Assembly (NCBI GenBank): GCA_965116905.1
Contig: OZ220732.1
Span: forward strand, 968,970-1,032,969
Direction of reading: 5' to 3'
Length of the DNA stretch: 64,000 nucleotides
Origin: Longimicrobiales bacterium
Lineage (GTDB): Bacteria > Gemmatimonadota > Gemmatimonadetes > Longimicrobiales > Gaopeijiaceae
Shown: one piece after another, positions 8,808 to 17,854 of the stretch
Position numbering within the stretch: the first letter of the stretch is position 1
How the letters are laid out: every line of letters begins with the position of its first letter
Program-made: the position numbers and the translations under genes
Notes under the pieces: generated by a model
What the model was told of the DNA's origin: nothing
Seen by the model: only the letters and a program-made list of their open reading frames with translations
The model's database searches: none

Positions 8808-9916
8808 GCGGCTTCCACCGTGGTGACCTGTCCGCTGAGGGATCCGTCGTACCCCGGGAGGTGTTTCATTTCGGCCTGGAAATCCGGATCGTCGAGCGTT
8901 TCGAGCAACCGCGAAACCGGCGGCCTTGAAACGCTGCCGGCCGGCAGTACGAGGTCGAAGCGCTCCTCCGTGAGGGGCACGAAGTCCAGCCCCTCGGCCA
9001 GCGCCGCAGCCTCGATCGCGATGCCGGCATCGGCGGCTCCCCAGTGCACCAGCCGCGCCACGTCGCGGTGATTCGCGGCCAGTGGCCCGTTGTCGTCCGG
9101 CAAATGCCCGCCGGCTTCCGCGGTCAGACGCGCGGCCAGGTCGTGCGCCCCGGACCCTTCTTCGCGGCGAACGACACGCAGTTCGTCGCGGAGCAGATCG
9201 GCGCCGCCGGTGATTCCCAGCGGATTGCCCGCGCGCACGACCAGGCCCTGGCGCCAGCTCGTCAGGTTGGCCACGAGCAGCCGCTGGTCCGGGAGCGCGC
9301 GCCGGGCGGCCGCCACCGTGTCGCCGTCGGGATCGTCGCTCGATCGGTGGAGACCCGCGATGTGCACGAGCCCGTCACCGAGCAGATCCATCGCGTGGCG
9401 GTTCCCGGCCGACACCCATGTCACGCGCGCGTCTCTGAAACGGCGGTCCACGCGGTGTGCCAGCGCCCCCAGCAGGGGCGCACAACCGGCGACGAGGACG
9501 TTCTGGCCGAGCTGTGTCGTCGTGCCGAGGGGACGCACCGTGACATCCGCGCCGTTCCCCTCGGAGGTGATGATCCCGTCGGCGGCGCTGGTCGCGTGCG
9601 TGGGCAGGCGGTGCGCGACCCAGCGGTCCCCGATTCGGCCCAGGGCCACGCGCGACCCGCCGCCATTCGCCTCGGCGGACGGCGCGAGGCGAGCGCTGAC
9701 CCCGCTGTCGGCGGCCAGTCGGAAGATCTCCTCGATCCCGCATCCCAGCGAGTAGGCGATCCGCAGCGCGAGCCGGGTGGACGGAACGTTGCGGCCCGCC
9801 TCGATCGCGAGAATGGCCTGCCGGGATACCCCGACCTGCTCGGCCAGCGCCGTCTGGGACAGCCTGGCTTCCTTGCGCCGGGTCTTGAGCTGGTTTTCGA
9901 ACCCGTGCTCGCTCAT
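8804..9916 (-). CDS. XRE-family HTH regulator fused to a PBP-like (molybdate-binding-type) domain
   Basis: N-terminal HTH LSQTALAEQVGVSRQAILAIEAGRNVPS. The C-terminal periplasmic-binding-protein-like domain (VAGCAPLLG...WRQGLVVRAGNPLGI...) resembles PBP_like_2. 4-bp overlap with modA. Confidence 0.8.
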   Translation of the reverse strand: MSEHGFENQLKTRRKEARLSQTALAEQVGVSRQAILAIEAGRNVPSTRLALRIAYSLGCGIEEIFRLAADSGVSARLAPSAEANGGGSRVALGRIGDRWVAHRLPTHATSAADGIITSEGNGADVTVRPLGTTTQLGQNVLVAGCAPLLGALAHRVDRRFRDARVTWVSAGNRHAMDLLGDGLVHIAGLHRSSDDPDGDTVAAARRALPDQRLLVANLTSWRQGLVVRAGNPLGITGGADLLRDELRVVRREEGSGAHDLAARLTAEAGGHLPDDNGPLAANHRDVARLVHWGAADAGIAIEAAALAEGLDFVPLTEERFDLVLPAGSVSRPPVSRLLETLDDPDFQAEMKHLPGYDGSLSGQVTTVEAA

Positions 9917-9972
9917 AACATTTCTCCTGTGCTGGATGGGGACCGGGTCGCCGCAGGACCGGGTTGCCGCAA

Positions 9973-10010
9973 TGTAACGTCTACATTACACAGTGTAAAC
10001 TAAAGTTGAC
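9973..10010. promoter_or_regulatory. two adjacent TGTAA-N8-TKACA palindromic sites upstream of the XRE-modABC operon
   Basis: TGTAACGTCTACATTACA (9973-9990) and TGTAAACTAAAGTTGAC (9994-10010) in an AT-rich patch. On the minus strand, TTTACA-17 nt-TACATT gives a plausible -35/-10 pair. Confidence 0.4.
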
Positions 10011-10175
10011 TTTTTTTGACGACGTGCACCCTCTACCAGCGGCGCGCACCCTCTATCGGCAGAGCGCACCTGCGGGGTGGCGGGCGGAAGGCCCGAAGAG
10101 AGGGTGCCCGAAGAGGGGGGTGGGTCCGCTACGTCTGACGCCGGACCGGGGCCGGCTCCCGGAGCCCGTGGACTC

Positions 10176-10829
10176 CTATGCCATGTGGGGGCGGATCGCC
10201 TGCGCGAGCGAAACCTCGATATCCCACACCGCCGCGGTGACCGCGCGGCCGATCAGGTCCATCTTGCGGATCAGCTCGATGCGCGGGAGCACCGTGCGCA
10301 GTTCGCGCTTCGAGAGCAGCTCCGCGAAGATGCCGCAGGCGTCGGCCAGGCCGATGATGACGACATCGCGAGGGGTGGGAACGATGTCGCTGAAGAGGAC
10401 CTCCATGAGACGCAACTTCACTTCGCGTTCGGCCTTGCCGTCGATCACCGGGTAGCGCCGGGACCGGAAGACCCAGAGAAAGCGGTCCTCGCGGCGCTCC
10501 AGGATCCCGCGCTCGATGAGGCCGTCGATCGCCGCTTCGCGAACGTCGTCGGACATTCCGGAAGCCCGCTCCACCCAGAAACGGGCGTCGCGCTGGTGAT
10601 CGTGCGCGGCGATATCGGCCAGCACCGGATCGAGGATGGCGTCGTCCAACGGGGTTGGGTCGACCAGGATGAGCTTCTCCATGTCGGTGTCGATCCGGTC
10701 TTCGAGCGCGAGATCCATCAGGACCGCGCCGCCGAGCGCGTAACGCAGGGACCAGTCGGGCACCCGAATGAACTTCTCCTCGTCGTCGTCGAGGAGGAGC
10801 AGCATGATTTCTTCCGCGAATCTGAGCAT
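10176..10829 (-). CDS. GPP34/GOLPH3 family protein
   Basis: MLRFAEEIMLLLLDDDEEKF...YALGGAVLMDLALEDRI...IERGILE... is the characteristic GPP34 pattern. Confidence 0.8.
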   Translation of the reverse strand: MLRFAEEIMLLLLDDDEEKFIRVPDWSLRYALGGAVLMDLALEDRIDTDMEKLILVDPTPLDDAILDPVLADIAAHDHQRDARFWVERASGMSDDVREAAIDGLIERGILERREDRFLWVFRSRRYPVIDGKAEREVKLRLMEVLFSDIVPTPRDVVIIGLADACGIFAELLSKRELRTVLPRIELIRKMDLIGRAVTAAVWDIEVSLAQAIRPHMA

Positions 10830-10832
10830 GGT

Positions 10833-12011
10833 CTAAAAGATATTGACTTCGGCCTCCTGGCGCTCCTCCTGAAACCGGGTGTGGCGAAAAGCCGTGACGT
10901 CGAGCGTGTGGGAGTGGCCGTCGGCGACCAGTTCGGAGACCGCGAGTCCGGTCGCGGGCGAGTGCATGATCCCGTGTCCGGAGAACCCGCACGCGTCGAT
11001 CCATCCGTCGGTCCCCGGGTGGAGGCCGATCACGGGGCTGTTGTCGGGGGTGACCCCATAGTACCCCCACCAGCTGCCCTGGCGGTCGACCCCCAGGTCG
11101 GCCCACCACGGGTAGCGCTCGACGCCGGTGATCAGCACCTGCTCCAGCCAGCTCCAGTCGATGCCTTCGGTGAACCCGTCGTCGGCGTGGGCATCGAGAC
11201 CGAAGAGGATGCGGTCGCCCTCGCTCCTCAGGTAGACGCCGGTGCCGAGATCGATGGTGAGCGGGTAGACGCGCTCGTCCGCGATGGGCGCGCTGAGGAA
11301 GATCTGAATGCGCTTGGGCCGCACGGGCACCTCCAGTCCCGCCAGGCGCCCGACAAGGCCCGACCAGGCGCCGGCGGCGTTCACGACATGGCCGCAGGCG
11401 AAGGATTCGCCCCCCGCCTCCAGCGTCCAGCCGCCGCCTTCGCGCCGTGCCGCACTCACGGCGTGGCGGAAGCGGTAGTCCACTCCGCACCGGCGCCCCA
11501 TGGTAACCCAGGCGTGGGTGGCCATGTGGGGATCGATGATGCCGTCCCAGGGGCCGTAGGTCGCCCCGCCGAGGTCGTCCGTTTCCATGGGAACGTACCG
11601 GCGCGCGTCGGCGGGTTCCAGCACCTCGACGGGAGCGCCGAGGCTGTGCTGGAGCGCCACGGATTCCAGGTGGGCGTCCCAGCGGTCCGGGGGAACGAGC
11701 AGCAGGTAGCCGATGTCGCGGTAGCCGATCTCGAAGCCGTGGCGTTCCCGGAAGTCGCGGTAGACGGGCAGGGAGTACATCGAGAACGCGACGTTGGGGC
11801 GCGTGGTGAACTGGACCCGCACCCCGGCTGCGCTGCGTCCCGTCGAACCGAGAGCGGGTGCGGCTTCGCGCTCCAGAACGGTGACCGACAGCCCGCGCCG
11901 GGCCAGGTGGTACGCGCAGCTGGCCCCGACGATGCCGGCACCGACCACGACGACGTCGCCGGTGCGGGTGGCCGCGCCGCCGCTCCGGGCGGGTGGGTGG
12001 GCGGGGGTCAC
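10833..12011 (-). CDS. FAD-dependent oxidoreductase (DAO/sarcosine-oxidase-beta-like)
   Basis: Dinucleotide fold VVVVGAGIVGASCAYHLARRG. Start GTG 12011, 14 nt after the upstream stop. The longer ORF to 12218 overlaps the preceding gene. Confidence 0.85.
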   Translation of the reverse strand: MTPAHPPARSGGAATRTGDVVVVGAGIVGASCAYHLARRGLSVTVLEREAAPALGSTGRSAAGVRVQFTTRPNVAFSMYSLPVYRDFRERHGFEIGYRDIGYLLLVPPDRWDAHLESVALQHSLGAPVEVLEPADARRYVPMETDDLGGATYGPWDGIIDPHMATHAWVTMGRRCGVDYRFRHAVSAARREGGGWTLEAGGESFACGHVVNAAGAWSGLVGRLAGLEVPVRPKRIQIFLSAPIADERVYPLTIDLGTGVYLRSEGDRILFGLDAHADDGFTEGIDWSWLEQVLITGVERYPWWADLGVDRQGSWWGYYGVTPDNSPVIGLHPGTDGWIDACGFSGHGIMHSPATGLAVSELVADGHSHTLDVTAFRHTRFQEERQEAEVNIF

Positions 12012-12024
12012 GGAAGCGGTGCCC

Positions 12025-13551
12025 TCACCGCCTCGTGAACGCGACGCTCCCTTCGATCTCCGCGTGCAGAACCGCGACCTTCCCGTCGGTGCCGATCTCG
12101 AAGCGCAGGAATTCCCGCTGGTTGACCGCGTCCGACCAGTTGCTGCGGAACGTGTCGTAGTGCCAGTGCTCGAGGGTGCCCTCGAACCCGGCCCCGAAGG
12201 CGGCGTGCAGCACCCCACCGTTCTCGGTCACGACGATTTCGCCGTACATGTCGCTCTCGTAGGTGCCGGCGTACTCGGCGAGCGCCAGCGTCGGGGACGT
12301 GCCCTCGGCGCGGCCGTCCTCCACCTTCTGCGCCTGCTCGCGGGCCTGCTCCTGCAGTTGGGCGAACGTTTCCTTCATCATGTCGTTCCACGGCAGCTGC
12401 TCACCGCCCTCGAAGCGGTCGACGAGATGATGCGTGAGAGCGCTCGTGAATCCGTTGGCGCCGTTCAGGTTGGTGAGGATCACCCAGCCGTAGTCGCTTT
12501 CGGGAACCAGGACCACCAGGGCCGTCATCCCGTCGATGTTGCCCCCGTGGGACACCATCTTGATGTGGCGGTAGTCGGTGAGGAACCAGCCCAGGCCGTA
12601 CAGCAGGAAGTCCGACGCGGGGAAGACCGCGGCCCACAGGCCCTCGGGCCGAAGGAACATCTGGGCGGTGTGCATCTCGTTGACCGCCGCTTCGGATATC
12701 AGCCGCTCGCCCTCGTATTCGCCGTCGGCGAGCTGCAGCCGCACCCACTGGGCCACCTGCATGACGCTGGAGTTGATCGAGCCCGCGGGGCCCGCGTTGT
12801 CGATGTCCCGGTAGGGCACCGGCACGAGTTCGCCGTCGGGGGTCTCGATGTGCGGCTCGGCCACGTTGTCCAGCCTGCCGAGCGGCCCGATCAGGGTCGT
12901 GCTGCGGGCCATGCCCAGCGGCCTGAAAAGGCGCGCGGCCACGAAGTCGTCCCAGGTCATTCCCGAAACCGCCCTGATGACCTCGCCGGCCGCGATCCAC
13001 GTCGTGTTGTTGTACTGGAAGGTCGAACGCAGCGGGAACGTGACCGGCTGGTGGCGGACCCGATCGAGAATCTCCGTGCGGGTGAGCCCGCTCGCGTACC
13101 AGATGCGGTCGCCGCGCAGGAGCCCGGTGTTGTGGCTCATCAGGTCGCGGATGCGGATGTTGCGGGTGATGTAGGGATCGCTCAGCTGGAACGTGGGCAG
13201 CTGATCGACCACCCGGTCATCCCAGGCCAGCTTGCCCTCGTCGACAAGCATCGCGATCGCGGCGGCGGTGAATGCCTTCGAGGAGGAGCCGATTGCGAAG
13301 ATCGTGTTTTCGTCGACGGGATCGGAGCCCCCGACCTTCCTGACGCCGAACCCCCTGGCGTAGGTGACCTCGTCGCCCTGCACGATGGCGATACCCATGC
13401 CCGGGACATTCCAGTCCTGCATCATCTCCAGGATGGTCTCGTCCAGGCCGGCCAGCGGATCCTGTCCGGAGGCCGGGGCCGCGGGGGCGAGGAAAAGGAG
13501 CAACACCGCCGTCGTCGCAAACAGCCTGTCGCGGATTCGTAGCACGTCCAT
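12025..13551 (-). CDS. serine hydrolase, class-C beta-lactamase/D-aminopeptidase-like, secreted
   Basis: Signal peptide, SxxK motif (AIGSSSKAFTAAA) and a long C-terminal extra domain. Confidence 0.9.
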   Translation of the reverse strand: MDVLRIRDRLFATTAVLLLFLAPAAPASGQDPLAGLDETILEMMQDWNVPGMGIAIVQGDEVTYARGFGVRKVGGSDPVDENTIFAIGSSSKAFTAAAIAMLVDEGKLAWDDRVVDQLPTFQLSDPYITRNIRIRDLMSHNTGLLRGDRIWYASGLTRTEILDRVRHQPVTFPLRSTFQYNNTTWIAAGEVIRAVSGMTWDDFVAARLFRPLGMARSTTLIGPLGRLDNVAEPHIETPDGELVPVPYRDIDNAGPAGSINSSVMQVAQWVRLQLADGEYEGERLISEAAVNEMHTAQMFLRPEGLWAAVFPASDFLLYGLGWFLTDYRHIKMVSHGGNIDGMTALVVLVPESDYGWVILTNLNGANGFTSALTHHLVDRFEGGEQLPWNDMMKETFAQLQEQAREQAQKVEDGRAEGTSPTLALAEYAGTYESDMYGEIVVTENGGVLHAAFGAGFEGTLEHWHYDTFRSNWSDAVNQREFLRFEIGTDGKVAVLHAEIEGSVAFTRR

Positions 13552-14250
13552 TTACCAGCTCCCGAGTTCACCTGCGCGTGCGATGACCCCGGAAAGGCGG
13601 GCCGCGGCGTTGCGCCAGTTGGTCCGCACCGAGGTCTGGGCCAGTTCAGAGTCGCCGGCCTCGATTGCGTCGACGATGACCTGGTGTTCCTGCACCGACA
13701 CCGCGATCTGGTCCAGCAGGGCGTCGACGTAGAGCCGTGTATACCGCTCGGCCTGTGGCTTGATGGCGTCGTGAAGAGCGAGCAGCCTGGGGCCGGCCCC
13801 GCCTTCCACATACGTTCGATGAAAACGATTGTCGAGTTGAAAGATCCACTCGCGCGACGGCGTGGTTCCCTCGGCCTCGGTCAGCAGTTCGGCGTTCGTC
13901 TTGTTCAGGTCCGTGACCAGCTCCCCGCGGTCGTCGCGGCTGGCGGCGCTCCAGGCCGCGAGCCCCTCCATCTCGCCGACAATGTGAAGCAGTTCGAAGG
14001 CGTCGTCCTGCGTGAGCGGCGCCACGTAGGGACGGCTCTGGCGGCCCGTGCCGGGGTCGCTGATGTAGCCTTCCTGCATCAGGCGCTGCAATGCGCTTCG
14101 CACCGGGGTCCGGCTCAGGCCCAGGCGTTCGGCGACCTCCGTCTCGATCAGGCGGGAGCCCGGCGCCAACCTGCCGTGAACGATCAGTTCGCGAAGGTGC
14201 TGGTAGGCTTGGGTCCCGCGGTCACTGGTGCCGGTTTTCGCAGGCGACAT
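13552..14250 (-). CDS. GntR-family transcriptional regulator (FCD-type)
   Basis: HTH ...GSRLIETEVAERLGLSRTPVRSALQRLMQEGYI... Start ATG 14250. The stop abuts the hydrolase start. Confidence 0.9.
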   Translation of the reverse strand: MSPAKTGTSDRGTQAYQHLRELIVHGRLAPGSRLIETEVAERLGLSRTPVRSALQRLMQEGYISDPGTGRQSRPYVAPLTQDDAFELLHIVGEMEGLAAWSAASRDDRGELVTDLNKTNAELLTEAEGTTPSREWIFQLDNRFHRTYVEGGAGPRLLALHDAIKPQAERYTRLYVDALLDQIAVSVQEHQVIVDAIEAGDSELAQTSVRTNWRNAAARLSGVIARAGELGSW

Positions 14251-14345
14251 GTCTCCGATCCGTGAAGTTGTGGCCTTCTCCCCACTACGAGGACAGCCAC
14301 GGAAAATAACATGTTGGTATGTATCGCAGTTTTGTTCCCACTTTT

Positions 14346-14363
14346 GGATACCTTGCCGTATCC
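14346..14363. promoter_or_regulatory. candidate GntR operator
   Basis: Perfect inverted repeat GGATAC-N6-GTATCC in the GntR/GNAT divergent intergenic region. A related TTGGTATGTATC lies at 14314-14325. Confidence 0.35.
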
Positions 14364-14432
14364 GATGCCACGCTGTACGATGCCGCACCGGAAGACTCCT
14401 GGCAAATTGCCGTTCACAGCCCTGGGAGCGCC

Positions 14433-15311
14433 ATGGCCGACCTCGCGACGCAGCCCTCGGAACCCGTCCTGACCCCTGTCGAGGGGTCTCCCCGCGACGG
14501 GCAGGCGACCGACGATGCACAGATCGAGATTCGTGCCGCGAAGACGCGGGCGGACTTCGAGGCGTGCGTCGAGCTGCAGCGCGATACCTGGGGCGCGTCG
14601 TTCTCGGAGGTCGTTCCGGTCAGCATGATGCAGGTCACCTGCAAGATGGGCGGGATCTGCCTGGGCGCCTTCGCTCCCGGCGGCGAGATGCTGGGCGTGG
14701 TGTACGGTGTGACCGGCGTGCGCAACGGCGAACTCGCCCATTGGTCCCACATGCTGGCGGTGCGGCCGCGGGCGCGGAACATGGGGATCGGCAAGCGGCT
14801 GAAGCTCGCCCAGCGGGAAACGTTGGTGGCCCAGGGCGTCAACACGATGTACTGGACCTACGATCCCCTGGTGGCTCGCAACGCGCACCTCAACCTCAAC
14901 CTCCTCGGAGCGGCGATCGACCGTTTCGTGCCCGACATGTACGGCGCATCGGACAGCGACCTGCATCGTCTGGGCACCGACCGGTTCATCGTCCGGTGGG
15001 ACCTGCACGGCGAGCGCTCGGCCGCGGCCCGTGCCCGCCGGGAATCCCGGGCCAGGCGTGGCGGCCCGCGGCCGATGCTCGGGATCCCGGGTGACAAGAC
15101 CCGGGTGCCCCTTGGTCGGGAAGCCGTCGAGGTGGTCATCCCGCGGGACATCGAGGCCGTCGAGGCAAGGTCCTTCGACGAGGCGCTCGGGTGGCGGCAC
15201 GCATCACGCCGCGTGTTTCGGCAGCTCCTGGGCGGCGGTTACGAGGTGAGCGGATTCATCGCGGGACGCAAGCACGCCCGATACGTGGTTTCGCGTGTGG
15301 CGGGACGGTAA
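14433..15311 (+). CDS. GNAT-family N-acetyltransferase-like protein
   Basis: ...HMLAVRPRARNMGIGKRLKLAQRE... is an acetyl-CoA-binding-like segment. Start ATG 14433. Confidence 0.7.
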   Translation: MADLATQPSEPVLTPVEGSPRDGQATDDAQIEIRAAKTRADFEACVELQRDTWGASFSEVVPVSMMQVTCKMGGICLGAFAPGGEMLGVVYGVTGVRNGELAHWSHMLAVRPRARNMGIGKRLKLAQRETLVAQGVNTMYWTYDPLVARNAHLNLNLLGAAIDRFVPDMYGASDSDLHRLGTDRFIVRWDLHGERSAAARARRESRARRGGPRPMLGIPGDKTRVPLGREAVEVVIPRDIEAVEARSFDEALGWRHASRRVFRQLLGGGYEVSGFIAGRKHARYVVSRVAGR

Positions 15312-15326
15312 TGACGTAGCCGAGTG

Positions 15327-15418
15327 GCGATGCCACGGTCAAGCGGCATGGCCACGGCCGGGCGGCATGCCACGGTCGGGCGGCATGCCACGGTCAAGCG
15401 GCATGCCACGGTCAAGCG
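15327..15418 (+). repeat. five tandem 18/19-bp direct repeats in an intergenic leader
   Basis: GCRATGSCCACGGYCRRGCG x5, each carrying the palindromic core GGCATGCC. The array ends 6 nt before the SD (GAAAGGAG) of the S9 peptidase gene. Confidence 0.85.
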
Positions 15419-15438
15419 GCAATGAAAGGAGCTTTTCC

Positions 15439-17553
15439 ATGAACGGGACGCTGATGCGGATAGCCCCATGGCAGCTGGCCGCTGCGATGGTGCTGGTGTG
15501 TCTGTCGCCGGCCCGCGGCCAGCAGGGCCTCGACGTGCTGACCGCGCGCGATGTCTTCGACCTCGAATTCGTGAGCGATCCACAGGTCTCTCCCGACGGG
15601 TCGCGGGTCGTCTTTGTGCGCCAGTGGTCCGACCCGCAGACCGACCGCAACTATTCGAATCTCTGGATCATGAACCGCAACGGTTCGGGGTTGCGTCCGC
15701 TGACGTCGGGCAAGCACTCCGACAGCTGGCCCCGATGGTCTCCGGACGGGGGCCGGCTCCTGTATCTGTCGGACGCGCACGCATCCGGGGGCAACGCGTC
15801 CGGAGTTGGCGGCGTTGCCGGGCCGCCGCAGATCACCATCCGCTGGATGGACACCGGCCAGACGCAGCGGATCACCGACCGCACGGAGGGACCGCGGGTG
15901 CCGGCCTGGTCCCCGGACGGCACGATGATCGCCTTTTCGTCCTTCGTGCCGGATGCCGGCATGCAGCTGATCTCGATGCCGGATCCGCCGGATGGCGCCG
16001 AGTGGGCTGAACCGGCACGCGTGATCCACGAACTGGTCCACCGCTTCGACGGAGCCGGGGACCTCGAGCACGGATTCACCCATCTCTTCGTCCTCCCGTC
16101 CGAGGGCGGGACGGCCCGGCGGATTACCAGCGGTGACTTCCATCATGGCGGATACGTGGGCCGCTCGGGCCGGGGACAGCCCGTCTGGTCGGCGGACGGC
16201 GAGTCGGTCCTGATCACGGCCAACCGGCACCCGGACTGGGAGCTGGAGAACCGCAACACCGAGATCTACGAGGTTTCGCTCGGCGGCGAGATCCGCGCCC
16301 TCACCGACCGCAAGGGTCCCGACGCGGGTGTGGCGGTTTCGCCAGACGGGCGCCGGATCGCCTACACGGGCTTCGACGACCGCTACCAGGGATACCAGGT
16401 GACCGGGCTCTACATGGCGAACCGCGACGGCTCGGGTGCGCGCCAGGTCGCGGCGCAGCTGGACCGGAGCGTGGGCGGGCTGGCCTGGGCACCGGATTCC
16501 GAACGTCTCTACTTCTCCTATGCCGACATGGGCAACACGAAGATCGCGTACGTGGAGCCGGGCAGCGACGAGGTGCATGTCGTGGCCGAGAACATGGGCG
16601 GCTCGGGCTCGGCCTACGGCGGCGGCAGCTTCTCGGTGGGGCCGCGGGGGACCTTCGCCTACACCGTCTCGACGCCCACCGTGCTCAGCGAGGTCGCGAT
16701 CGGGGCCGACCGCGGCACCCGCGTGATCACGGCGGTCAACGACGACGTGTTCGCCCACAAGACGCTCGGCGAGGTCGAGGAGATCTGGTGGCCCTCGTCG
16801 CACGACGGACGGCAGATCCAGGGGTGGATCATCAAGCCGCCGGGCTTCGACCCCGGTCGGAAGTATCCGCTCATCCTCGAGATCCACGGCGGGCCGTTCG
16901 CGGACTACGGCGACCGGTTCGACATCGAGAAGCAGTCGATGGCTTCCGCAGGCTACGTCGTGCTCTACACCAACCCGAGGGGGAGCACCTCGTACGGCGA
17001 GGAGTTCGGCAACCTCATCCACCACTCCTATCCCGGCAACGACTTCTACGACCTGGATTCGGGCGTGGACGCCGTGATCGACCTCGGGTACGTGGACCCG
17101 GAGCAGCTCTACATCACCGGCGGGAGCGGCGGCGGCGTCCTGTCGTCGTGGTCCATCGGGAAGACGGACCGCTACAACGCGGCCGCGGTTCTGTACCCAG
17201 TGATCAACTGGTACAGCTTCGCGGTCACCTCGGACATTCCGATCACGGTGGCCAAGTACTGGTTCCGGGCGATGCCGTGGGAGGACCCCGAGCACTACAT
17301 GGAGCGCTCGTCGATCTCGCTGGTCGGCAACGTGACCACGCCGACGATGGTGATGACCGGCGTGGAGGACTACCGAACGCCCATGTCCGAGTCGGACCAG
17401 TACTTCCAGGCCCTGAAGCTGAAGGGCGTGGAGACGGTGCTGGTCAAGGTGCCCGGCGAGCCGCACGGGATCCGGGTCCGGCCGAGCCACTTCATGCAGA
17501 AGATCATGTACATCATCGGGTGGTTCGACCGGTACCGGGGGATGGCGAGTTAG
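15439..17553 (+). CDS. S9 family serine peptidase (prolyl oligopeptidase/acylaminoacyl-peptidase-like), secreted
   Basis: Signal peptide, Tol-B-like propeller repeats (WSPDG x several), catalytic block ITGGSGGG and GEPHG near the C-terminus. SD plus ATG 15439. Confidence 0.9.
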   Translation: MNGTLMRIAPWQLAAAMVLVCLSPARGQQGLDVLTARDVFDLEFVSDPQVSPDGSRVVFVRQWSDPQTDRNYSNLWIMNRNGSGLRPLTSGKHSDSWPRWSPDGGRLLYLSDAHASGGNASGVGGVAGPPQITIRWMDTGQTQRITDRTEGPRVPAWSPDGTMIAFSSFVPDAGMQLISMPDPPDGAEWAEPARVIHELVHRFDGAGDLEHGFTHLFVLPSEGGTARRITSGDFHHGGYVGRSGRGQPVWSADGESVLITANRHPDWELENRNTEIYEVSLGGEIRALTDRKGPDAGVAVSPDGRRIAYTGFDDRYQGYQVTGLYMANRDGSGARQVAAQLDRSVGGLAWAPDSERLYFSYADMGNTKIAYVEPGSDEVHVVAENMGGSGSAYGGGSFSVGPRGTFAYTVSTPTVLSEVAIGADRGTRVITAVNDDVFAHKTLGEVEEIWWPSSHDGRQIQGWIIKPPGFDPGRKYPLILEIHGGPFADYGDRFDIEKQSMASAGYVVLYTNPRGSTSYGEEFGNLIHHSYPGNDFYDLDSGVDAVIDLGYVDPEQLYITGGSGGGVLSSWSIGKTDRYNAAAVLYPVINWYSFAVTSDIPITVAKYWFRAMPWEDPEHYMERSSISLVGNVTTPTMVMTGVEDYRTPMSESDQYFQALKLKGVETVLVKVPGEPHGIRVRPSHFMQKIMYIIGWFDRYRGMAS

Positions 17554-17564
17554 CGGAATCGTTG

Positions 17565-17588
17565 TTAGACTAGTTTATTCAACTAGTT
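17565..17588 (+). promoter_or_regulatory. putative promoter/operator of the phd-vapC pair
   Basis: TTAGAC followed by two ACTAGT(T) palindromes 13 bp apart (17569-17575 and 17582-17588) in an AT-rich patch 27 nt upstream of the antitoxin ATG. Confidence 0.4.
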
Positions 17589-17614
17589 GTCACACTCGGG
17601 CTGGAGAAACTCCA

Positions 17615-17854
17615 ATGACCACGGTAGGTGCGTTCGAAGCCAAGACCCACCTCTCGTCCTTACTCAACAAGGCGGCACGGGGCGAAGAGGTGTTGATCAC
17701 CAGGCGGGGGGTCCCGGTGGCGAGACTCGTTCCCGTGGACGCGGCGGATCGAGGGGATATCGCCGATGCGATTGATGAACTTCGGTCGATTCGGGAAGGG
17801 GTCTGTCTGGGGGGCCTGAACTGGAGGGAAATGCGGGATTCGGGGCGCCCGTGA
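17615..17854 (+). CDS. type II antitoxin, Phd/YefM family
   Basis: MTTVGAFEAKTHLSSLLNKAARGEEVLITRRGVPVARLVP is the canonical Phd/YefM N-terminus. 4-bp overlap with the PIN gene. Confidence 0.85.
   Translation: MTTVGAFEAKTHLSSLLNKAARGEEVLITRRGVPVARLVPVDAADRGDIADAIDELRSIREGVCLGGLNWREMRDSGRP

Noticed and set aside
10077-12038. 653-aa + strand ORF. The same class includes 15412..17490 (-), 21854..24085 (-), 28856..30262 (-), 59655..61667 (-), 4679..5815 (-), 6552..7688 (-) and 61907..63118 (-).
   Set aside because: All lie antisense to genes with clear family signatures. Their translations are Arg/Gly/Pro/Ala-rich low-complexity strings with no motifs, the expected artefact of stop-codon-poor GC-rich DNA.
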